A DNA stretch of 63,518 nt, the filler included, from Octopus bimaculoides (Eukaryota): the NCBI RefSeq assembly GCF_001194135.2. It is 6 parts of 6 records of this genome, joined end to end, with 100 filler letters (N's around TTAATTAATTAA, not from the genome) between each part and the next. Parts side by side here need not be neighbours in the genome. Positions count along the whole stretch, not along the records: positions 1 to 15,472 come from NC_068993.1; 5 more parts are not named here. One strand, 5' to 3'. Of the stretch, positions 1-11,747 are shown piece after piece. Position numbers and translations under genes: made by a program. Numbering within the stretch: position 1 is the first letter of the stretch; every line of letters begins with the position of its first letter. The notes below the pieces were generated by a model. The model made no database searches, was not told the origin of the DNA, and was given only the letters and a program-made list of their open reading frames with translations.

Positions 1-136
1 GTGGGCGTAAACAAACCAGCATCGTTGTCAAGCGATGTTGGGGGGACAAACACAGACACACAAACACACACACACACATACAGACACACACACACATATA
101 TATACATATATATGACGGGCTTCTTTCAGTTTCCGT
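1..136 (-). mobile_element. tRNA-derived SINE, family A, partial (broken at 136)
   Basis: Matches family-A copies at 8617-8968 and 15573-15840 (gttgtcaagc...ggacaaacacagacaca-[microsatellite]-gacgggcttctttcagtttccgt). Stops where the other copies continue with ctaccaaatcc. Confidence 0.85.
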
Positions 137-237
137 AACCCTAACCCTAACCCTAACACTAAAACCCTAACCCTAACCCTAAAACCCTAACCCTAAAACC
201 CTAACCCTAACCCTTAAACCCTAGCCCTAACCGTAAC
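136..237 (+). repeat. Interstitial telomeric-type array (TAACCC)n with TAAAACCC variants
   Basis: About 15 direct units of CCCTAA with variants; TTAGGG is the general metazoan/molluscan telomere repeat. Confidence 0.9.
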
Positions 238-658
238 TACAGAAATGTTTTGAAATTTTCGTCCGAAACACGTCCGTATTTTTCCGCATATTTACAAAAT
301 AAATAAAATAAAATAATCTGAAAAAGGTCAAAAATCAAGGAAATGGTGGGGTGGTAATTTAAAAATGGTTATTCCCCGTATTCCCCGTAGCCGAAAAGGA
401 GGGGGTGGGTGTTGTGTCGAAAAAAATTGTTTAAAAAAAGGGTGGGTTTTTTTCAGGGAACGGGCGGAAGTCTTGTCAGGTATTTATATATAACATACAC
501 ATAAATATGTACATAAATACAAAGATATACACTGACATATATATATATATGCATGAATGTATGCGAATACATATGTGCGTGTGGCGTGCGGATATATGTA
601 CGCATGCATGTATGTATAAGAACGACTAGAAAGAGAAAAAAAGAGAGAGAGAGATAGA

Positions 659-705
<47 letters not shown>

Positions 706-1020
706 GAATGAGAAGCATAATCTCTTTCTCCATCCACACTCTTTCTCTCAATTCCTACACGCATTCTCCTCGCTTCGCACTCTTATCACCTCTTTCAATA
801 AGATTCCCATCTCTTCATCTCACTGAAATATTTCATCAAAGATGTAAAGCACCATTAAGCAGACGATTAAAAGGCAATGAGAGTGGATAAGTGTGTTTAT
901 AATAGTGGAGTTGATAAAGAGACACACGCACGCACACACACACACACAAATACACACACATATATATACACAAATTTATTTTAATAAGGGGTAGGACCGC
1001 CTTTGGCAGTAATTATATAT

Positions 1021-1230
1021 GTGTCTGTGTTTGTGTGTCTGTGATTGTCTCCACCATCGCTTGACAACCGATGTTGGTGTGTTTGCGTCCCCGTAACCTA
1101 GCGGTTCGGCAAAATAAACCAATAGAATTAGTACTAGGCTTACAAAAATAAGTCCTGGCTTCGATTTGTTCGACTAAAGGCGTTGCTCTAGTATGGCCGC
1201 AGTCAAATGACAGAAACATGTTAAAGAATA
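1021..1230 (+). mobile_element. SINE family A, 3' half
   Basis: ccaccatcgcttgacaaccgatgttggtgtgttt...gtcctggcttcgatttgttcgactaaaggcg...ggccgcagtcaaatgac matches the tail of the full copy at 19360-20098. Confidence 0.85.
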
Positions 1231-1234
1231 ATTA

Positions 1235-2260
1235 TAATTATTAATTAAGTCTGGAAATACCTTGTTCTTCAGTTCAGCTGGGGAATTCACCATGATAGCA
1301 ATATGAGCCAAATTGATATCACCATTCCCATCAAGTGGTATTTTCTCATTTCCTAACTGGAGGAGCCAGGTTGAAAACTGTTTTGTACATTGGTCCCTTG
1401 TAATAAAGCTTGCGTGTTAGTATTGAAGGAAAATTTATGTACTTTATTCCATAGGTGTGAAGACTTATCGCATGCTTTTATTTCATCAGATCTTATTCCT
1501 CTCGGAATGACTGGTATTGTCTGTCTGAAGTTTCCAGATAAAACTAATGTAACTCATAGATTTATTGTTGCCCGTGTCCTTCTCTTATAATATTGCTATT
1601 AATATAAAGCAGAATTATAATTCCAAATGTTTTTCAAGAAGTGCATTCTCGTTAGTGTGTTTCCCAAAAGCAATGCCTTGAAAGTATCTGTGGTTGTACC
1701 AAACGTCGGTAAAATAACTATTCCTCTTTCCTATTTCTTTCCTTTAAAATCTGTACTCTTTCGACATTGCTCTAATATCAATTAATTTCGTTGTAGAATA
1801 ATGATGTTTTTGGATCATATTTGAAAGCTGATCTTTTCCAAGTCCCTTTAAAAGGTGCAATTCTTTAGTCAAACGTATTCAGCTTATCTTGATCAAGACG
1901 CTTCCGTCTTTCCTCTGAGGATTGGTGGATTTTCACAGCAACTGTTTGCTCCTGTTTTTTTCTTTTGTCACATCTGTCGCTGACCTATTGTCTCATAGGC
2001 AACTCTGGCAGCTTGACTTTATCTTACATCCTTTAAACATTTTCCTCTTTCCTTTTCTGACTCTTGACTCTTGAGGACTGTATTTTGTTGACATAATTGT
2101 TCTATCCTTGTTTCCTCATGTGACTCATTGTCCCTGCGTACAGCAGCTCTCCTTCGGTCGCTTTCATGTCTTTGCAGTCGTTGTGCAGGGGTCTCCAGTG
2201 TCCTTACTCTGGCTACCTATATTCGTCTTTGCGTCATTGTAGAATGTTAATCCCATCTTC
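1235..2260 (-). mobile_element. Helitron RepHel pseudogene with large internal deletion
   Basis: Minus-strand translation across frameshifts gives a charged N-terminus (ETPAQRLQRHESDRRR), AFKYDPK, ALLLGNTLTRMHFLKNIWNYNSA, then Pif1-helicase motifs LSGNFRQTIPVIPRGIRSDEIKAC.KSSHLW and QFSTWLLQLGN...NKVFPDL. Multiple stops and frameshifts. Confidence 0.85.
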
Positions 2261-3144
2261 TCTTGTAGAAATTAAGAACATTTTTCTCGGAAACTTTTTT
2301 TGAAAATGAAAATGGGGATTAAATGAAAAAATGAGTGAAAGGTGCGTGAATATCTTTACAAGGGTGATTGAAATAAATGGTGACTTTGGAACGTTGCACG
2401 TGCGCGCGCGCACTCACACACACGCACACGCACACGCACACACAGACACAGAATATCAGGCATCAGCGTTTCTTTCTCTCCCGTTTTTCCCCCTCTCTTT
2501 GTACGGGCTTTCTTTCACCTTCACATATNNNNNNNNNNNNNNNNNNNNNNNNNNNNNNNNNNNNNNNNNNNNNNNNNNNNNNNNNNNNNNNNNNNNNNNN
2601 NNNNNNNNNNNNNNNNNNNNNNNNNNNNNNNNNNNNNNNNNNNNNNNNNNNNNNNNNNNNNNNNNNNNNNNNNNNNNNNNNNNNNNNNNNNNNNNNNNNN
2701 NNNNNNNNNNNNNNNNNNNNNNNNNNNNNNNNNNNNNNNNNNNNNNNNNNNNNNNNNNNNNNNNNNNNNNNNNNNNNNNNNNNNNNNNNNNNNNNNNNNN
2801 NNNNNNNNNNNNNNNNNNNNNNNNNNNNNNNNNNNNNNNNNNNNNNNNNNNNNNNNNNNNNNNNNNNNNNNNNNNNNNNNNNNNNNNNNNNNNNNNNNNN
2901 NNNNNNNNNNNNNNNNNNNNNNNNNNNNNNNNNNNNNNNNNNNNNNNNNNNNNNNNNNNNNNNNNNNNNNNNNNNNNNNNNNNNNNNNNNNNNNNNNNNN
3001 NNNNNNNNNNNNNNNNNNNNNNNNNNNNNNNNNNNNNNNNNNNNNNNNNNNNNNNNNNNNNNNNNNNNNNNNNNNNNNNNNNNNNNNNNNNNNNNNNNNN
3101 NNNNNNNNNNNNNNNNNGTGTGTGTAAGCTAGCTAGATGAACGA

Positions 3145-3316
3145 ATGAAGTGCTTAGTAAAGTGTGAAGTATTTGTTGTGGATCAGCTCCAGGTCATCTT
3201 CAATCAAGCTTGTGATCAGGTTAGGGATGTGCAAAAGGATCCACACTACCACCAAGAAGATTTTGCTGTCGAACGATCGTGCAGCGGGACCTCATTTGAT
3301 AGAGAATGCGTGGTGC
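3145..3316 (+). CDS. Candidate coding exon, unknown product
   Basis: Non-repetitive, GC-richer open frame MKCLVKCEVFVVDQLQVIFNQACDQVRDVQKDPHYHQEDFAVERSCSGTSFDRECVV ending at a consensus donor C|GTGAGT (3317). No family recognised and no good acceptor seen. Confidence 0.22.
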
Positions 3317-3498
3317 GTGAGTAGATTGTCAGGAATCTGTGATCCTCACTCAGGTTCGATTCTCAAACAGAAGCGTTTTACAAAATGTCATTTGTATTCT
3401 GAGAAAAGACAAACATCACAGTCATCTACATGTCTACGTGAGTATGAGGGAGAAACGGAGAGAGAGAATCTAAGTGCTCGCATGCGTGTGTGTGTGTG

Positions 3499-3530
<32 letters not shown>

Positions 3531-4049
3531 NNNNNNNNNNNNNNNNNNNNNNNNNNNNNNNNNNNNNNNNNNNNNNNNNNNNNNNNNNNNNNNNNNNNNN
3601 NNNNNNNNNNNNNNNNNNNNNNNNNNNNNNNNNNNNNNNNNNNNNNNNNNNNNNNNNNNNNNNNNNNNNNNNNNNNNNNNNNNNNNNNNNNNNNNNNNNN
3701 NNNNNNNNNNNNNNNNNNNNNNNNNNNNNNNNNNNNNNNNNNNNNNNNNNNNNNNNNNNNNNNNNNNNNNNNNNNNNNNNNNNNNNNNNNNNNNNNNNNN
3801 NNNNNNNNNNNNNNNNNNNNNNNNNNNNNNNNNNNNNNNNNNNNNNNNNNNNNNNNNNNNNNNNNNNNNNNNNNNNNNNNNNNNNNNNNNNNNNNNNNNN
3901 NNNNNNNNNNNNNNNNNNNNNNNNNNNNNNNNNNNNNNNNNNNNNNNNNNNNNNNNNNNNNNNNNNNNNNNNNNNNNNNNNNNNNNNNNNNNNNNNNNNN
4001 NNNNNNNNNNNNNNNNNNNNNNNNNNNNNNNNNNNNNNNNNNNNNNNNN

Positions 4050-4086
<37 letters not shown>

Positions 4087-4177
4087 CACACGCGCGTGCA
4101 TGTGTGTATGTGTGTGTGAGTGTTTGTGTGTGTGTTTGTGCGTGTGTGTTGTGTATGTGCGTTTATATGCATGTATC

Positions 4178-4345
4178 TTTGTGTTTGTGCTTACCCACAC
4201 TCCACCACCACTTGGCAACCAATGTTGGTTGTTTACACGCCTGTTACCTAGCGCTTCATCGAGCAGAACTGATAAAATAAGTACCATACATAAAAAAAAA
4301 ATTACGTACTGGGGTTGACTCATTCGACTAAAGCCTTCAAGACAG
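4178..4345 (+). mobile_element. SINE family A, degenerate 3' half
   Basis: ccaccacttggcaaccaatgttggttgtttac...taagtacc...ctggggttgactcattcgactaaag. Confidence 0.7.
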
Positions 4346-4571
4346 TCAGACCGCAATCCAGTAATTAAAATATGTGAAAGATAATACCATATAATGATGT
4401 ATGCGCGTGTGTGCTGCGGTGGGGGTAGGGCGCATGCGTGTGTATATTTAGGTATGTTGAATAGCATAGAATATAAATTCCTGATTTGTGTTGATTTATT
4501 GTCCGCATGTGGAGATTATGTGATAAAAGAAGTGGAGAAAGGAAATTATAGGAATCGAACTCACATCACAT

Positions 4572-4735
4572 AACGTTACGACACAAACATTTTCACCCTA
4601 ACTATTCCAGCATTTTCAATATTAGCCCGAAAGAAATCAAAGAAGAATAGGCCCGCAAGACATTCAAAAGAAATCTGCACAGATTCCTCCAGGAAATACC
4701 AGACAAACCATTGACAGCCGGATACCATTTCGGCT
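4572..4735 (+). mobile_element. CR1/L2-group LINE ORF2 3' end fragment
   Basis: Translation IFNISPKEIKEE*ARKTFKRNLHRFLQEIPDKPLTAGY resembles the CR1/L2-type ORF2 C-terminus (LFN.LP..I...FK..LD.FL..IPD.P..PGY). Confidence 0.6.
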
Positions 4736-4875
4736 GCCGATCGTTTGGCTTAAAAGACCTTCGTTGGTGCTGTTATATAAGAAATGGTCTTGGCCAATAC
4801 TAGTTGACAACTTAGTTAAGTGTTACAGTATATTTTGAATTCTTTTGAAACTTGGCGGAACCCATTCTCCTCTAG

Positions 4876-4922
4876 GTGGGGCCACAACGAATTTCTTCCA
4901 GAAAGAGAAGAAGAGTGGTCGA
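4876..4922 (+). other. Candidate 47-nt internal exon
   Basis: Pyrimidine-rich acceptor cccattctcctctAG and consensus donor GA|GTGAGT; all three frames open. No homology recognised. Confidence 0.2.
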
Positions 4923-5085
4923 GTGAGTGCGCGCGCGCGTGTGTGTGAGAGAGAGGGAAGTGTGGGGGTGGAAGTGGAACAGACCACAGTGCTGTACTTT
5001 ATCGATCTCGATAAGATGGAATGAAAAATTGACATTGATCGACAGGATCCGAAATCAATTCAGAAATCTAATGCCACAAAGCATA

Positions 5086-5129
<44 letters not shown>

Positions 5130-5985
5130 TCTATCATTAAGGACTGCCTTAAATGACTTAGATGAAATAAATCGAACCCAGTATTGTGTTACGTCTGGAC
5201 CTTAAATTATCAGACTCTTTATATAGAAACCTTACGTTACGAGTACGTACGCGATGGGACACCAGTTGTAAGGCCATGGGACAGGGTAAACACATGAGTA
5301 GGCACATCTTTTTGTGTGTACCTAGAATAAAATCAACAAATAACAAAATCTCCAGTTCATTTCAAATACCCGAAAAAAACCTTGAATAAAGCTACATGGA
5401 TACCGATACCTTCGATAAACTTGGAATGCGTTTGAACCAATAGGGTACAATCAGATGACACACCTTATGATATCTCTACAGTGGAAACAGATGGTGTCGG
5501 ACAGAGATTTAAGTAAATGTAATATACGCGATTCTGTAATAAACAATGGTTTGAAGATTCACAGCTCTGTACTTGTAATTTTAATGTCTTATTGTAGTAT
5601 AGTCTGAGCCAGAACTGAGACTATACTACAATATTAGCAAGATATCTGCCCGGGTTCAAATCCCTATTCCTTTACGTTATACATTATATTATGTAAGTAA
5701 GTCTTGAGGTTTTGACTTTTGGTTTATTCAACGAGACTCGTACAGATATTTCTTCCTACCTGTTTGAAACCACTACTTGCATGTGTTGCATCAATATTTT
5801 GTTCTGTTGCGTCATCTTTGGAGTAAATATTGGTCAGCATAGTTGTTGTTGTTGAAGATGAGAGTCAGAAATATTATCAGGGAACAGGTACTTTTTTTCT
5901 TTTTCGGGAAATGTTTCTTCTACTTTGATTCTTTTTGTAGTTGAAGTTGCGAATAACATATCTGGATAATTTTTTTGTTTGACAA

Positions 5986-8313
5986 TATTAGGCAATAAAG
6001 ATTTTGTTACAGAAGACCAAACAGGTGTTCCTGGCTAATTTCGGTATGCTGATTTCGAATCTATTATTAGATTTTTTTTTCCATCACGTTTAGATTTTGT
6101 ATAAAATGAAAATCACTAGTAAAGTTTTCTGCCATGTCCAGATTTTGGTTTTAATCGGTTTATTACCAATATTATGAAACTTGTTTTCAAGGTTAAGACA
6201 ATGTTGTTTGCCAACTCTATACAAGTTCTAACCATTTTGATCAATAAAATTTATCCCGAGTTGGTAATACTGAGTGAAGAGCATAGTAACGGCCCAACAG
6301 TCAGTCCCTATGTGACAGTCAAGTAGAGGGGTTGTTGGGAAACACCAACGTTTCCCATTTGCGCCATCACCATTAACAGTTTTCATCGTTTTATTTATAG
6401 AAGCAGTGTTTCCCAACGTGAGGCGTACTCCCCACCGGTGGGGCGTAACAAAATTGGAGAGAGGCAAGCGTTAACATGGGCTGTGAACATTTTTGCAAGT
6501 GACTTCATCTCACACTTGTTGACCCTAATCCTATCTTTGGATATTGAAATGAAAAAAAGGAAACATCGCCACGCAATATCTATACTTAAATCACGGGAAT
6601 CGATGTAGCTACGATCAATTAGCGTACCGAGTGAGGTATCTGCATTTGTTAGGCGTTTGTTTCTCTGTTTCAATATCCATTGCCCAAGAGAACTATTGAT
6701 TCATTTTCCTTCGTCTTATTTGGTCGAATGTGAATTCAGTGCAGTTGACAATTTGCTGGAAGCCAATAGAAACCGACTTGAAATTACAAAACGTGGCGAC
6801 TTACGGCTGAAGTTAACGAAATGGTTTCCTCAACCTAAGGATCTGTGCTGTATGCACTAGGCACAAGGTTCTCACTAAATGAGTTAAGGTACCCGTCAGC
6901 CAAGTAATTGAATTAAAAATCGCGTTTCTATATTAAAAAAGAAAAAGTTGATGGGCACCAGATTATTTATTATTTAAAAGTGGGGCACTGGAAAATTTGT
7001 TATTAAAAAGTGAGGCACCGGGAAAAATTGTTGAGAAACACTGAGGAGGAAATCATTTGTGTCTACTACGATATCAATGGCCTGATGGAAAGGATTGGCT
7101 TTCGCTATAATCCAAACAAAAGGAGTTGTTCATTGACTCTAGTAAAACTAGCCTTAAAGTTGTATTACTACATAACGGCAATGACAAATTTTCAATACCT
7201 GTAACACTTGTCACTGGCCTTAATGAGACTCACAAATCAATGGAACTGCTGTTAAGACTCATCAAATATAAGGAACACATGTGGAATATTAGTGGCGACC
7301 TTAAAGCTGCATCACTACCTCTTGGGTTACAGTTGGGCAACACAAAGCATACGTAGTTTTTGTATCTATGAAACAGCAGAGATGACAAGAACTACTGCAA
7401 AAAAACATGATTCGCTATCTAGAACTGAACATGTTGGTAAACACAGTGTGAAACACCCGGTACTTACTGAACTTCAAAAAGTACATCTTCCAAGTACATC
7501 TTTCGTGAAGGATATGGGTCATCAAGGTAGTGGTCTCTAACGTTTAAAGCATAAATTCAAAGGAATCTTGATAGATGCTAAACTAGAAGCTGGAGTTTTC
7601 ACTAAGCCACAGATTCATCATTTCCATTTAATCTAAATGAAAATAAGCTTAGAGCATGGACATCTTTTGCTGAAGTTGTCAAAATTTTCTTGGAGACCAC
7701 AAGGCTGATAGCCACTGTGAACTCGTAGAAGATATGCTTAAATCTTGTGAAAAAAATAGGATGCAGAATGTCTTTGAAAATGTATTTTTTAAATTCTCAT
7801 TTGGACTTCTTCCCGGCCAATCTTGGGGCTGTGAGTGACAAGCATGATGTGCGCTCCCACCAATAGATCTCAGTTAGGGAAAACAAATATCAAGGTAATT
7901 TCAATCCAAATATGACGAGAGATTATTGTTGTTTCCTGCAGCCGGTAAGCTCGTCGTACTACAGGCGATAAAGGAAAAGGAAACACCAAAGTTTCACTTA
8001 AGAACAGGAAGTTGCCTTTCGGTAGTAATGACAAACTACTAACGCAGTAACTCCACCAGCAGAATTCTGCTGTCTGTCTTAAGCCAGAATCAAGGAGGGA
8101 AGGCAACTCTGTTCACTAATTATCTTAATGTGGCATGGAAAAGTAGCTTGGCGGGCGAGAAAAAAAAGGAGAATAAGGGGTTTCGGATACATGTAACCTG
8201 GATGTGATAGAGAAATTTAGATATCAGATCTGAAATCAGCATAAGAAATTTGGTAGGAATCAGTAGTGTATGTGTCTGTAACAAAAGAAAAAGTTGCAAT
8301 TTGTTACCTAGTG
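5986..8313 (+). mobile_element. Chapaev3-like (CMC superfamily) DNA transposon, degenerate, both ends present
   Basis: Transposase relics at about 7045-7960: FIDSSKTSLKVVLLHNGN..SIPV...WNISGDLK...LGLQLG.TKH; AKLEAGVF; GCRMSLKMYFLNSHLDFFPANLGAVSD..YQG...M.RDYC. The about 105-bp ends are imperfect inverted repeats (5986 tattaggcaataaa..ttttgttacaga..tatgctgatttc versus the reverse complement of the 8313 end, cactaggtaacaaa..ttttgttacaga..tatgctgatttc). The Chapaev3 name is from recall. Confidence 0.75.
6404..7043 (+). mobile_element. Internally deleted hAT (Charlie/Buster-like) element nested in the Chapaev-like element
   Basis: TIRs CAGTGTTTCCCAAC / GTTGAGAAACACTG. Encodes the hAT C-terminal dimerisation region LLIHFPSSYLVECEFSAVDNLLEANRNRLEITKRGDLRLKLTK...H*AQGSH*. 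No clean 8-bp TSD. Confidence 0.85.
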
Positions 8314-8616
8314 TAATCAAAACATTTTCTCCTTTTATTCCAAGTCAATTTTTTTTCCCTCTACTAATGTAATGTCTAATTTGATAATTTTCAATTTTCA
8401 AAACTTGATGTGGGACAAAATGAATCATGACTAACATCAATAATTGTTTTTTTTTCATGGTATGATGCGTCAATTATATCAAGAAGAAAGCCACTCCATA
8501 AGATCATGAAGAAGCCATAGAGAATACTCTATGCTTTGGTTTTAGATTTAGTCGACATATCACGTGCCATTTTCCGAGATCCTCTTTCATTTCCCCTAAA
8601 TATTTTAAAGTTTTAT

Positions 8617-8968
8617 TTTTATTCTTTTACTTGTTTCAGTCATTTTGACTGCGGCCACGCTGGGTCCCGGCTTTGGAGAATTTTAGTCGAACTTATCGAC
8701 TCCAGGACTTATATTTTGTAAATCCTGGTACTTATTCTATCGGTCTGTTTTGCCGAGCCGCTATGTTACAGGGACATAAGCAAACCAACACCAGTTGTCA
8801 AGCAGTGGTGGGGGACAAACACAGATACAAAAACACCACACACACACACGCATGCACACATATATGTAGGACGGGCTTCTTTCAGTTTCCATCTACCAAA
8901 TCCACTCACAAGGCTTTGGTCGGCCCGAGATCGTAGCAGAAGATACTTGCTCAAGGTGCGACGCAGAG
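8617..8968 (-). mobile_element. SINE family A, 5'-truncated
   Basis: Reverse complement of the family-A body, internal microsatellite and tail. Confidence 0.85.
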
Positions 8969-9404
8969 GATATTGATGTGTATGAGCCTCTTTGTCCAAT
9001 GGAGATTCTGGAGAATTGAAGACGGAAATTTACTTTATCTTACTCATTTTACCCTTCCTAAATTCCTCTCTTATATACTCGAAGAGAACGGAGATAATTC
9101 TCTAAAATAGCTTTTTGAAAATATTTTCATTTTTTTTTATGCACTTTGAAAAAGTCATTTGCTTAACTGATATAGTTTTTGTAAGGCATTGGATAGTGGT
9201 AAAAAAAAAAAATCCATTTTTTCGCAAATTCAGAACTGCAGTAAATATCCCTCGTTATGTTCCACCCACCAAGTACTAGGGCGATTTGTTCGAAGCAGTG
9301 CGCCAGCATAGCCGCAGTCCTATGATTGAAATAAGTAAGAAATAGATGAAAGATATACATACAAATATATATGCATATATACTTACATACATATGTGTAT
9401 ATGC

Positions 9405-9438
<34 letters not shown>

Positions 9439-9631
9439 AGACATTCACATACTTGTGGCAGTGGGTTGTGTACTGGACGTCATGTACATCGCACACTTCC
9501 GAGGTTAGGCTCCTAATAACCCCTGTAAGTATCAACCGGATGAGAGAAGAGATAAATGTGTTGGCGTTTGTATTTACGCGTGTTGCATACATACATACAC
9601 GCATATAGACTCTCTCTCTCTCTCTCTCTCT

Positions 9632-9666
<35 letters not shown>

Positions 9667-10139
9667 NNNNNNNNNNNNNNNNNNNNNNNNNNNNNNNNNN
9701 NNNNNNNNNNNNNNNNNNNNNNNNNNNNNNNNNNNNNNNNNNNNNNNNNNNNNNNNNNNNNNNNNNNNNNNNNNNNNNNNNNNNNNNNNNNNNNNNNNNN
9801 NNNNNNNNNNNNNNNNNNNNNNNNNNNNNNNNNNNNNNNNNNNNNNNNNNNNNNNNNNNNNNNNNNNNNNNNNNNNNNNNNNNNNNNNNNNNNNNNNNNN
9901 NNNNNNNNNNNNNNNNNNNNNNNNNNNNNNNNNNNNNNNNNNNNNNNNNNNNNNNNNNNNNNNNNNNNNNNNNNNNNNNNNNNNNNNNNNNNNNNNNNNN
10001 NNNNNNNNNNNNNNNNNNNNNNNNNNNNNNNNNNNNNNNNNNNNNNNNNNNNNNNNNNNNNNNNNNNNNNNNNNNNNNNNNNNNNNNNNNNNNNGTGTGT
10101 GTGTATGTGTGTGTTTGTGTGTGTGCATGCGTGCGCCTG

Positions 10140-10401
10140 TGTGATGGTAATCTCTCGTATTCCGAGAAAGGCGGTTCCTCAATTTCTTGCTGAGCAACCT
10201 GCTCAAATTCTTCGCTTATAGTGATCAAATGTGTGCGCTGTTCATTAGTACACTCCCTGCATCAAATCGTCAGGTGTCTCGAAGTGATTGCTGAGGAGCG
10301 TGTGATGAAGTGGTTTGTTCTAGAACACAACACACTACCCGGTCCAGGAATTGAAATTATGATCTGACGATTGTGAATGCATCAGCTTGACCACTAAGCC
10401 A

Positions 10402-10403
<2 letters not shown>
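10140..10403 (-). mobile_element. SINE with family-D tRNA head and a distinct tail (T3)
   Basis: Minus-strand head cgtggcttagtggtcaag...aattcctggaccgg...gtgttgtgttctagaacaaaccacttca resembles the head at 16173, but the downstream body differs from T1. Confidence 0.6.
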
Positions 10404-10467
<64 letters not shown>

Positions 10468-11533
10468 TATATGAAGGTATGTTTGGATAACTGTGTGTGT
10501 AGTTATAAGTTTCCTTGTTACCAGGCGTATTTCTATGATGGAGATACTTGGCGATCGTAATATCCTCCGTCTACTTGCAAACCAGCATCCACCACTTTCA
10601 CGCCACCGCAACCTGCAATAAGGAGCTAGCTCACCGTGCTCTGGGTATCAGTTTTTGTTGACATAGATATGACTTTAAATATGTGTACGTGATGTTTCTG
10701 ATGTGAGCTGATGACAAGGGCTTGTTCCGGCTGGTCCTTGACGTAGTGGCTGACGTTCCCTAAACCGTAAGCTGTTGTCAAGAAGTACATGTCATATATT
10801 CTAACTCTAGTAGTAGTAGTAGTCGTAGTAGTAGTAGTAGTAGTATTTAGGATTGTTGTGGTTGTAGTTTAACCCCTGGTTGACACTTATTGCGCACGAG
10901 TTCCATCCATGTCCTTTTCATCTTATTTTCAAGCATAGTGTATCTGGGACTACATTATCACATGTATCAGTCAGGTCATCTACGATCAAAGGCTTCCTGC
11001 AACGACAACTCGGACTTTTTTTAAATGTCTTTGATCCATCGTTATCCAAGTTGTTCTCTCTGTTTAAAGACACTAGTGAGCATATCGTTGTGTAGGATAA
11101 CTCTCCATCCCACAACGAGGACAAAAATCCCAAGAAAAAAACCCGCCCCCTAGGAAAAAAACCTGGAGGGAAAAAAACAACAATCAATTTTTAAATCAGT
11201 ATTTTNNNNNNNNNNNNNNNNNNNNNNNNNNNNNNNNNNNNNNNNNNNNNNNNNNNNNNNNNNNNNNNNNNNNNNNNNNNNNNNNNNNNNNNNNNNNNNN
11301 NNNNNNNNNNNNNNNNNNNNNNNNNNNNNNNNNNNNNNNNNNNNNNNNNNNNNNNNNNNNNNNNNNNNNNNNNNNNNNNNNNAATTTTTTACATGAAATA
11401 AATTCGAATACAAAATTTTTTTTCTGTTCTATAACACAAAATAGATAAGTATACGAAGTTTGAAAGTCTTTCGGTACCAAAAACACTACATAAAACATAA
11501 ATGAAAACTGGTGCCCCCGTTTTGAACAAGATC

Positions 11534-11747
11534 CGGCAGAATCATTAGCACGCTAGGCAAAATGCTTAGCGGCATCATTTCGTCCGACTTGATGTTCTGA
11601 GTTCAAATTCTGCCGAGGTCAACTTTGCCTTTCATCCTTTCGGGTGCGATAGATTAAGTACCAGTGAAACACTGAGGTCGATGTAATCGACTAGTCCCCT
11701 ACCCACGAAAATTTCAGGTCCTGTGCCTATAGTAGAAAAAATTATTT
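11534..11747 (+). mobile_element. SINE family B
   Basis: gcagaatcattagcacg..aaatgcttagcggc..gttctgagttcaaattctgccgaggtcaactttgcctttcatcctttcggg..taagtaccagtgaaacactgaggtcgatgtaatcgact; B-box-like GAGTTCAAAT. Confidence 0.85.

Noticed and set aside
5830-6030. Minus-strand frame ending ..KRIKVEETFPEKEKKYLFPDNISDSHLQQQQLC*
   Set aside because: Its 5' part overlaps the Chapaev-like left TIR, the poly-Q is a short GTT microsatellite, and the acceptor is weak.
9439-9530. Possible exon DIHILVAVGCVLDVMYIAHFR or TFTYLWQWVVYW..LLITP ending at GTAAGT
   Set aside because: The acceptor is only a (GT)n microsatellite plus AG, the frame is ambiguous, and no homology is recognised.
10708-10760. CTGATGA followed by a caagg/ccttg hairpin
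   Set aside because: No GAAA follows the stem and there is no stem III or cleavage triplet, so it is not a hammerhead.
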